Shown here piece after piece: positions 49,470 through 57,103 of a stretch of DNA of 64,000 bases. The stretch lies in assembly GCA_963664705.1 (NCBI GenBank), contig OY761556.1, positions 544,001-608,000 of the forward strand, written 5' to 3'. The notes beneath the pieces are model-generated. The model was not told the origin of the DNA, did no database searches, and saw nothing but the letters and a program-made list of their open reading frames with translations. This DNA comes from Acidobacteriota bacterium (GTDB lineage Bacteria; Acidobacteriota; UBA6911). How positions within the stretch are numbered: the first letter of the stretch is position 1; every line of letters begins with the position of its first letter. The translations under genes were made by a program, and so were the position numbers.

Positions 49470-50587
49470 CATTGCAAAACATCCCCTTCCTCGATCTCCG
49501 CAGAGGCTATCCCGCCCAGCGGGAAATGATTGAACAGATTATTGCGGGCGTGCTGGCGAGCGGAATCTATATCTTAGGCCCGCAACTGGAATCGCTTGAG
49601 CGGGAGTTTGCCGCCTCCATCGGCGTGCCATTCGCGGCCGGTGTCGGTTCGGGAACCGATGCCCTGATCCTTGCGTTGGAAGCGAGTGGCTGCGTCGTTC
49701 CAGGGCGGGGGGATGAGGTCATTACTCCCGCGATATCGGCTGCCTTTACGGCATTGGCCATCTATCGCGCCGGTGCTGTCCCACGGTTTGTGGACGTCGA
49801 GCCCGCAACTTTGCAGATTGATTCCAGCCAGATCGAAGCTGCCATTACCGATAAAACGCGCGCCATACTTCCTGTGCATTTGTATGGCTATCCCTGCGAT
49901 ATTGACCGGATTCTCCAATTGGCAGCCCGTTATGAGCTGGTTGTAGTCGAAGACGCCTGCCAGGCCCATGGGTCACGACTGTCGGGCAAATCGCTGGGGA
50001 GTTATGGAAGGGCATCCGCTTTCAGCTTCTATCCGACGAAAAACCTGGGAGCCTTCGGAGATGGCGGCATTGTGGCGACGGGAGATGAAGCCCTGGACCG
50101 GCGGGTCCGGATGCTGAGGCACGGAGGGCAGGATCGGACCTATCATCACGCTCTGCTGGGTTGCTGCTCGCGTCTCGATGAAATTCAATCCGCTCTTTTG
50201 AGAATGAAATTGGGGCAGCTGGAGCGACGCAACGAAATCCGCCGGAAACTCGCCTCTCGCTATGATGAGGCATTCAGTTCGCTGGACCTGCAACGATTGC
50301 CGTCAATACCGGATTTGATTCCCAACCGTCATTTATACCCTGTTTGCACTCCCAGGAGAGAAGAGCTGCGCAGTTTCCTGAGCGAGAACGGAGTCCAGAC
50401 GCTCGTCCACTATCCGATACCATTGCCCGATCAGCCGGCATTCAGTCATTTTGTATTGCCTGGCCAGGAGTTTCCTGTTGCCCGGAGGGTGACCCAGGAG
50501 ATCTTCTCTCTCCCGCTATATCCGGAATTTCAGGAAGAGGAACTGCAGCACACGATCCGGATGGTACGCAAGTTTTTCAAGGGTTAA
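49466..50587 (+). CDS. DegT/DnrJ/EryC1/StrS aminotransferase
   Basis: SGTDAL, PVHLYG, EDACQAHG, FSFYPTKNLGA.GDGG, SRLDEIQ, SLP.YP. Confidence 0.92.
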   Translation: MTLQNIPFLDLRRGYPAQREMIEQIIAGVLASGIYILGPQLESLEREFAASIGVPFAAGVGSGTDALILALEASGCVVPGRGDEVITPAISAAFTALAIYRAGAVPRFVDVEPATLQIDSSQIEAAITDKTRAILPVHLYGYPCDIDRILQLAARYELVVVEDACQAHGSRLSGKSLGSYGRASAFSFYPTKNLGAFGDGGIVATGDEALDRRVRMLRHGGQDRTYHHALLGCCSRLDEIQSALLRMKLGQLERRNEIRRKLASRYDEAFSSLDLQRLPSIPDLIPNRHLYPVCTPRREELRSFLSENGVQTLVHYPIPLPDQPAFSHFVLPGQEFPVARRVTQEIFSLPLYPEFQEEELQHTIRMVRKFFKG

Positions 50588-50590
50588 GCT

Positions 50591-51355
50591 ATGGAAGATC
50601 AGGAATACCTCCACATGTATGACGAGGAAGTATTCCATTGGTGGTACGAAGGAATGCGTGCCATCACACTGAAAGTGCTGCCGCCGGAATCTCTGCCATC
50701 TTCTCCCGTGGTGCTCGATGCAGGCTGTGGGACCGGGTACAACATCAGCTGGCTTCAACGGCAGTATGGCGCCGGTGTCACGGGGCTTGATTTTTCCCCA
50801 CGGGCGCTTGAATTTTGCCGGCGGCGTGGTGCGCAGGATCTGGTTCGCGCGGATATCGCTTCAATTCCTCTCGCAGGGAATATTTTTGATCTCATTTTAT
50901 GTTTTGACGTACTGACCCATTTGAAGGATGCGCCCGCCCGAGCAAGAGCTCTGCAGGAATTTCTTCGGGTGCTGAAGCCTGGAGGATGTCTTCTGCTTCG
51001 TGTGCCGGCATACCGGTTTTTGCGCAGCGGGCACGACGAGGCGGTTATGGCGTATCACCGGTACAGTCTGAGAGAACTGAAGATGGTTGCGGGAAATGCC
51101 GGATTTGAAATCGTGCGCCTGACCGGAGCGAATACTCTGCTATTCCCGGTGGCTGTTATCTGGCGGACAATGAAAAAAATCGGACTTGCTCCCGACGGAT
51201 CCGATGTCCGCTCGACGACTCGAGGTAAGAGCGGTTTGAATCAAATTCTCACCTCTATTCTGCAGTTCGAAGCATCGATCCTGGGACGCTCAGATTTCGG
51301 TTTTGGACTTTCCATCTTCCTGCTGGCGAGAAAACCGAAGCTGGATATCCAATGA
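50591..51355 (+). CDS. Class I SAM methyltransferase
   Basis: E..HWWY, LDAGCGTG, FDVL.H, VPAY.FL.S.HD......HRY. Confidence 0.88.
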   Translation: MEDQEYLHMYDEEVFHWWYEGMRAITLKVLPPESLPSSPVVLDAGCGTGYNISWLQRQYGAGVTGLDFSPRALEFCRRRGAQDLVRADIASIPLAGNIFDLILCFDVLTHLKDAPARARALQEFLRVLKPGGCLLLRVPAYRFLRSGHDEAVMAYHRYSLRELKMVAGNAGFEIVRLTGANTLLFPVAVIWRTMKKIGLAPDGSDVRSTTRGKSGLNQILTSILQFEASILGRSDFGFGLSIFLLARKPKLDIQ

Positions 51356-51454
51356 GGCAGGATGGCCCCGGCCTCTTCCCGATTATTATTGCTGTGAAGC
51401 AGGTATTTGCTGATCGCTACTAGTATGATAGCCTTCCGCTTTTGGGGACGAATC

Positions 51455-52810
51455 ATGATACGACGTCGTATACAGACTCTGTGGATTGTAATCCTGTTGA
51501 TTCTCTGGGGCTGCATCCCTGCACTGGCCCAGAAACCTGTTCCATTGCCTGAACTGACCTCCAAGCGGCTTCTCAATGATTTGCATATCACGGTCGCCTC
51601 TAATCCCAGCCTTGGCGATAACATGACCATCGGGCTGGTGGTGCGTTATGGAGCGGCCTTTGATCCGTCCGATAAAGGCGGATTGGCGCACCTTGTATCC
51701 CGCATGTTCATGAGGGCAACCGACGATAAAACATCCAAGGGGATCCAGGAAGAACTCCGATATCTGGGTGCCACGCTCGACATCCAATGCGATTGGGATG
51801 GCTTCCGCTTTATACTGAACGGACAAAGCGCAAAATACGAGCGCGCTCTCCTTTTGCTTTACCAGATCATAGCGGAAGCTCAGTTTAATGAAGCCGACTT
51901 TAAGGTTGTCAAGGAATCGATCCTGCAAGACCTTCAAAAGCCTCCCGATCCCAGACAACGAATCCACCGGCAACTTGATAGTGTTCTTTTCGGAGGGACT
52001 ACCTACGGACGCCCTATCGAAGGGGATTCGCGGACCGTTGCCAATATCACGCTGGGGGATGTTCGCGGTTTCTATCACAAATTTTTCTCTCCAGGGTCTG
52101 CTTCGCTTCTGGTGGTGGGTTTTATCAATCCAAACCTGGTGCTTCCCAGGGCTACGCGCATATGGGGTATCTGGGTTCAGAATGAGGATGTACCTTTTAC
52201 CTTCATTCCTCCACGTAAGCCTGCCGGCCGTCAGATATACCTCGAGGATGATCCCGGTTCTCCCGCAGCCCAGTTCATCATCGGAAACCTCTTCCCACGC
52301 AGAGAAGATCCTGGATTTGGAAATGCCATGTTGACGGCGCAGATTCTGCAGGAACGCCTGACGAAAATGCTGCCGACCTCGCTGTTGACCGTTGGGTACG
52401 ATGGACGGCGAATGGCCAGCCCGTTTTACGTCCAGGGACAAGCGGCGGCGGACCAGGCGGCCGATCAGCTTCAACACATTCGCGAAGCCGCAAACGACTT
52501 GAAAAGCAATCCCGTTTCGAAAGAAGAGCTGGATGTCGCCCAGCAGAAGGTAATTGCCGACTTCAATCGCGAGCTATCTACATCGGCCGGAATTTGCAAT
52601 ATTCTGCTGGATGCGGAGCTCTACAAACTCGGCAGCAATTATGCCGTCTTGTTTCCGGATCAGATTCGACGCTGTGACATTGAATCAATAAAGGAAGCGG
52701 CGAACAACTATATCTTTCCCAGCGGAGAGGTGATTCTCATTCGAGGTCCGGAATCGATCCTCAAGCCTGCGCTGGAACCGCTTGGCAATACTCGACAGTT
52801 GATTCCATAG
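51455..52810 (+). CDS. Exported M16 (pitrilysin/MPP-like) protein lacking the Zn motif
   Basis: Signal peptide; GAAFDP.DK.GLAHL followed by VSR instead of the HXXEH completion; IT..DV..FY..FF.P. Confidence 0.85.
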   Translation: MIRRRIQTLWIVILLILWGCIPALAQKPVPLPELTSKRLLNDLHITVASNPSLGDNMTIGLVVRYGAAFDPSDKGGLAHLVSRMFMRATDDKTSKGIQEELRYLGATLDIQCDWDGFRFILNGQSAKYERALLLLYQIIAEAQFNEADFKVVKESILQDLQKPPDPRQRIHRQLDSVLFGGTTYGRPIEGDSRTVANITLGDVRGFYHKFFSPGSASLLVVGFINPNLVLPRATRIWGIWVQNEDVPFTFIPPRKPAGRQIYLEDDPGSPAAQFIIGNLFPRREDPGFGNAMLTAQILQERLTKMLPTSLLTVGYDGRRMASPFYVQGQAAADQAADQLQHIREAANDLKSNPVSKEELDVAQQKVIADFNRELSTSAGICNILLDAELYKLGSNYAVLFPDQIRRCDIESIKEAANNYIFPSGEVILIRGPESILKPALEPLGNTRQLIP

Positions 52811-52821
52811 CCGGAAAATTT

Positions 52822-52877
52822 GTCAGGAGACAGGTCCCCCCGTCTCCTGACGTCCTGACTTCTATCTCCTGACTCCT
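52822..52877. repeat. 10-bp perfect hairpin running into degenerate GACTCCT heptamers
   Basis: GTCAGGAGAC-N10-GTCTCCTGAC; then GTCTCCT GACGTCCT GACTTCT ATCTCCT GACTCCT. Confidence 0.65.
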
Positions 52878-52886
52878 GTCCACTTC

Positions 52887-52895
52887 TGCTATACT
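52887..52895 (+). promoter_or_regulatory. Putative extended -10 promoter for the DUF4159/MoxR operon
   Basis: TG-C-TATACT. TGCTATAC also forms an 8-bp inverted repeat with GTATAGCA at 52923-52930. Confidence 0.4.
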
Positions 52896-52920
52896 TCCCC
52901 TACTTTAGGTAGATATTGGA

Positions 52921-53733
52921 TTGTATAGCAAAATAAACCCCAATCTCCGGCAGCGCATAATAAGTTGCATGATTCTGGCTGTTTTCGGCTGGGTGGTGGG
53001 GTACCCCCAATCGCAACGAACTCCAGGTTTTTTGCGTGTGCCCGCACAGTCCGGAATGGTTCAGCCATCCGGGAATCCGGAATTCACGTTCGTACGTGTG
53101 GTCTATACCGGGCTTGGGCCTTATGGATATTACAAAGGGTGGTATACAGACTGGCCAAAGTCCGACCGTCAGTTCATCCTGGGAGTGCGCAGGTTGACAA
53201 ACATACGGGTTGCGGAGCAAGGCAAAACGGTTAGTCTGACGGATCCGGAAATCTATCGTTATCCTTTTATCTATTCTGTCGAATGCGGACACTGGAATTT
53301 CAGCGAGGCTGAGGCCGCCGGCCTCAGGGAATATCTGAAGCGGGGCGGTTTTATGTTCTGCGACGATTTCTGGGGCACATGGGAATGGGAGAATTTTCAG
53401 CAGCAAATATCCCGAGTTCTTCCCGGTGCCGTTATTACCGAAATTCCAATGAGCCACCCGATATTTCATTCCTACTACGACATTCGTCAGATCATCCAGA
53501 CTCCCAATGTCGGCAATGCCCTTTACTCGGAAAATACCTATGAACAGGATGGGTTTGTTCCTCACTGCCGGGGAATTTTCGATCAGGAGGGTAGACTCCT
53601 TATTGTCATAAACTGGAATACCGATTTGGGCGACTCCTGGGAATGGGCTGATCTTCCAGGGTTTCCCGCCAAGTATTCAACATACGCTTACCAGATCGGA
53701 ATCAATGCAATTGTCTATGCCATGAGCCACTAA
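52921..53733 (+). CDS. DUF4159 domain protein (exported)
   Basis: FTF.R..Y, W.TDWP, YP..Y..E.G, LREYL.RGGF...DDF, HPIF, DLGD.WE. Start TTG 52921 or ATG 52969. Confidence 0.85.
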   Translation: MYSKINPNLRQRIISCMILAVFGWVVGYPQSQRTPGFLRVPAQSGMVQPSGNPEFTFVRVVYTGLGPYGYYKGWYTDWPKSDRQFILGVRRLTNIRVAEQGKTVSLTDPEIYRYPFIYSVECGHWNFSEAEAAGLREYLKRGGFMFCDDFWGTWEWENFQQQISRVLPGAVITEIPMSHPIFHSYYDIRQIIQTPNVGNALYSENTYEQDGFVPHCRGIFDQEGRLLIVINWNTDLGDSWEWADLPGFPAKYSTYAYQIGINAIVYAMSH

Positions 53734-53744
53734 CTCGGGGAACC

Positions 53745-56027
53745 ATGACTGCAGTCTTCGAATGGCTGTTTAAGTTTCGGCCGCTGCTTTATGAAAAGGG
53801 CCACCTCTCTTTTCATCCAATATGGCCTTGGTATATTACTTTGCTGTTTGCCGTCGCGGCCGTCCTTGGGGCTTATTGGTTCTATCGATATCCTTCACTC
53901 CCGGGCGCCTGGCGCTTAGGGCTGTCCGGTCTGCGTGCGGCTGCATTTCTCGTCATTCTTGTCCTTTTTTTGCAGCCCGTTCTTCGTGTTCATTCCGTGA
54001 TACCGCAGAAAAACTTTGTCGCGATTGCCTATGATGGAAGCAGAAGCATGGAGATACGAGATGGCGCGGATGGACAGTCCAGAATGTCAGTGCAGCAGCG
54101 TCTCCTGCGTGCCTCAGACAATCCACTCTTGAAGGATCTCTCCTCTCGATTCAAGCTCCGGTTCTTCAGGTTTTCAAAGGCAGCGGAGCGAACAGAGGCA
54201 TTTCAGGATTTGCCGCGTCGCGGCGAGATCACGGACATTGAGAACACTCTCCGTCAGATAGAAGGAGAACTGGCGGCAGCACCTGTCGCGGGCATTGTTT
54301 TAGTCACCGACGGTGCGGATAATCACTCCACAAACCTGGATGCCGTATCCGCACAGCTGCATGCCCGGAATATCCCCATATATGCCGTTGGAATTGGCAG
54401 CACCGGTTTTCCTCGCGATGCAGAGGTGCTGCGGGTTTCCGCACCAAGGCATGTGCTCAAGGATACCCTTGTGGAAGCCGAGGTTTTCGTGCGATCGACT
54501 GGATATGCCGGGCGTCGTTCCAAGCTTCTGGTTATGGAGCGGGACCGGCAGATTCAAAGCCAGGAGATCCTGCTCGGCGGCGATGGTGAGGTGAAAACCT
54601 ACAAAGTTTATTTCAACAGCCAGACACCCGGTTCACGTGTTTTCACTTTCAGGATAGAGCCGTTCGATGATGAACTGATCCGGGAAAACAACGATCAGTC
54701 CGCGCTTGTTCGAGTTGACGATGCGCAGCCGCAGATTCTATACGTTGAAGGAGAGCCACGCTGGGAGTATGGCTTTCTCAGACGTGCCATCCTTTCCGAC
54801 AAAAACCTCCAGGTGGTGACGCTGCTTCGCCAGGCGGACGGGAAATTTCTGAGACAGGGTATTGATTCGCCATCCACATTGGAAAAGGGGTTTCCCGTCG
54901 ACAAAGCGGAATTGTTCAAGTACAGGGGACTGATTATCGGGAGTGTGGAAGCCAGTTTCTTCACTTTTGATCAGCTCCGTATGATCTCGGATTTTGTAAG
55001 TCAGCGCGGCGGCGGCTTTCTCATGCTTGGCGGCAAGAATTCGTTCGGTCAGGGCGGATATATGAACACCCCGGTCGAAGACCTTCTGCCGGTCCGGCTT
55101 GGCCCCAATAGTCGCGAAATCCCTGACTTCAGTGAGCTTGAATATAAGGTGCATTTGACATCCTATGGGGCCGAGCACCCGGTAACCAGGCTGTCCTTGT
55201 CGGAATCCGAAAACAGGAAACGGTGGGACGCCGCACCCACGCTAATTGGCTTCAATCCGACCGCCGGCCCTAAACCCGGGGCAACCGTGCTTGCCCAGGG
55301 AGGAACGCCCGACTCCCGCGGGCAAAGCCCCGTCATACTTGCATTCCAGCGATTTGGAAAGGGGAAGTCCTTAGCCTTCACAACCGCAGCCAGCTGGCGC
55401 TGGAAGATGCAGCAGGACCATGCCAACAACTTTCATGAGCTTTTCTGGAAGCAAGCCCTGCGATGGCTGGTCAGCGATTCTCCAGATCAGGTCAGTGTGG
55501 ATACGGAAAAACGGACCTATTCTTCTGACGAGCCTGTCCTGATCCGGGCGGAGGTTAATGACGCGTCATTCGGCCCTTTGAATAAGGCGCAAGTGCGGGC
55601 ACAGGTCAAGTCTCCTTCAGGGCAGAGCAGCAGCGTTCCTCTTTCCTGGGATGTCGAGTCTGACGGCGTTTATTCCGGCGCCTTTAAGGCATCCGAGGAC
55701 GGCATGTATGAAATATCCTGTGAAGCATCCCTGGGAACCCAGAGCATCGGTTCCGCAAAATCTGAGTTCTGGGTCGCTCCATCCACGGAAGAATTTCACA
55801 ATGCCCAACTGAATGCAGACCTTCTCAAGCGCCTGTCCCATGCAACGGGTGGGCGTTACTATTCTCCGGAAAACACCCGCACACTCGCAGAAGACATCTC
55901 GTACATCGATACAGGATCATCGCGGCTGGAAGAAAAGGATTTGTGGGATATGCCGTTCAATTTTCTGCTTTTGGTAGGCTTGGTTTCCGCGGAATGGATC
56001 TTAAGAAAAAGAAAAGGACTGGCATGA
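53745..56027 (+). CDS. Membrane protein: vWA + Ig-like + class I glutamine-amidotransferase-like domains
   Basis: Two N-terminal TMs, MIDAS DGSRSM / TD / VTDG, ENN, LYVEGEPRWEY.FL, GGG.LMLGG..SF..GGY..TP..LLPV, C-terminal TM ending EW.LRKR.GLA. Confidence 0.82.
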   Translation: MTAVFEWLFKFRPLLYEKGHLSFHPIWPWYITLLFAVAAVLGAYWFYRYPSLPGAWRLGLSGLRAAAFLVILVLFLQPVLRVHSVIPQKNFVAIAYDGSRSMEIRDGADGQSRMSVQQRLLRASDNPLLKDLSSRFKLRFFRFSKAAERTEAFQDLPRRGEITDIENTLRQIEGELAAAPVAGIVLVTDGADNHSTNLDAVSAQLHARNIPIYAVGIGSTGFPRDAEVLRVSAPRHVLKDTLVEAEVFVRSTGYAGRRSKLLVMERDRQIQSQEILLGGDGEVKTYKVYFNSQTPGSRVFTFRIEPFDDELIRENNDQSALVRVDDAQPQILYVEGEPRWEYGFLRRAILSDKNLQVVTLLRQADGKFLRQGIDSPSTLEKGFPVDKAELFKYRGLIIGSVEASFFTFDQLRMISDFVSQRGGGFLMLGGKNSFGQGGYMNTPVEDLLPVRLGPNSREIPDFSELEYKVHLTSYGAEHPVTRLSLSESENRKRWDAAPTLIGFNPTAGPKPGATVLAQGGTPDSRGQSPVILAFQRFGKGKSLAFTTAASWRWKMQQDHANNFHELFWKQALRWLVSDSPDQVSVDTEKRTYSSDEPVLIRAEVNDASFGPLNKAQVRAQVKSPSGQSSSVPLSWDVESDGVYSGAFKASEDGMYEISCEASLGTQSIGSAKSEFWVAPSTEEFHNAQLNADLLKRLSHATGGRYYSPENTRTLAEDISYIDTGSSRLEEKDLWDMPFNFLLLVGLVSAEWILRKRKGLA

Positions 56028-57103
56028 GTCGAAGCCTTCGGTTGCCAATCAGCTGTTGCCAGCCTGCAGCTACCCTCCGCTGCTTGCTGTCGATGGTGGC
56101 ATGTTCGTTCCGGATCCCATTCCTGGCGATCACTGTGGGCATCCTGATGCTGCTTTCCTGCATGCCTCAACTCACCGCACAGGAAAGAGACGGACGGTGG
56201 GCCATCCTGATGGTGGGAAATAGCGGTGATCCCGATTTGCAGAAGGCATACCTGAAGGAAATAACCGATCTCCGTACGGCTTTAGAGAAGTCCATGGGCT
56301 TTCCGCACGAGCAGATTGTGGCGCTTTTTGAGGATCCCGCTTTGGCTCCGGGAATAATTGAGGGCAAATCGACGCGCGAAGAACTTCAGACAGCCTGTCG
56401 CCAAATGGCCGCGCGTGTCAGGGCAGAGGATATGGTTTTTGTCTTCATTGACGGGCACGGTACCTATGATGGCAACACCTATAAGCTGAATTGTCCCGGG
56501 CCGGATCCCACGGCCGAGGATCTGGCCTCCATGCTGTACTCCATTCCTGCGCGCCGGTTTGTGATCGTCAACGCCACGAGCAGCAGCGGCGGCAGTATCG
56601 CTTCGCTTTCCCGGGAGGGTACGGTCCTGATTGCCGCAACGAAAAGCGGCATGGAAAGAAACAGCACGCACCTGGGGCGCTATTTTGTTGATGCCCTGCA
56701 AAACAATGCGGCGGATACGGACAAAAACGGTCGCGTATCGATGCTGGAAGCATTTTTCTATGCCAGGCAGAGAGTAGAAAACTATTACGTCAGCGAAGGC
56801 AGCCTGCAGACCGAGCACCCGGTTTTGGATGATCTCGGAGAAAAAAAAGGACAGGACTTGCCTGGCCCGGAAAATGGGGCGGGATTGCTTGCGCGAACCC
56901 TATTTCTGGATAAGGAAGTGCCGCAAGCCACGGGCACGCTGACAATAGAGCAGCAGGGATTGGCGCGTGAGGCTCGGGATGTCGAACAACAGATTGAAGC
57001 CCTGAAATATTCTAAAAGCCAGATACCGGAAAACGAATACGAGCAGCGACTGGAAGCCTTATTGCTAAGGCTGGCACAAATCAATGCAAAGCTTCCGAAG
57101 TAG
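56024..57103 (+). CDS. Exported clan-CD (caspase/legumain-like) fold protein lacking the catalytic Cys
   Basis: D.VFVFI.GHG present; NATSSSG at the DAC.SG position; ADTDKNGRVS loop; coiled-coil tail; ATGA overlap with the upstream gene. Confidence 0.72.
   Translation: MSRSLRLPISCCQPAATLRCLLSMVACSFRIPFLAITVGILMLLSCMPQLTAQERDGRWAILMVGNSGDPDLQKAYLKEITDLRTALEKSMGFPHEQIVALFEDPALAPGIIEGKSTREELQTACRQMAARVRAEDMVFVFIDGHGTYDGNTYKLNCPGPDPTAEDLASMLYSIPARRFVIVNATSSSGGSIASLSREGTVLIAATKSGMERNSTHLGRYFVDALQNNAADTDKNGRVSMLEAFFYARQRVENYYVSEGSLQTEHPVLDDLGEKKGQDLPGPENGAGLLARTLFLDKEVPQATGTLTIEQQGLAREARDVEQQIEALKYSKSQIPENEYEQRLEALLLRLAQINAKLPK

Noticed and set aside
51386-52477. 363-aa antisense ORF over the M16 gene (likewise 58686-59774, 15415-16257, 62537-63247)
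   Set aside because: Each mirrors a convincing gene on the other strand. 62537-63247 is the shadow of the batA-like CDS missing from the ORF track.
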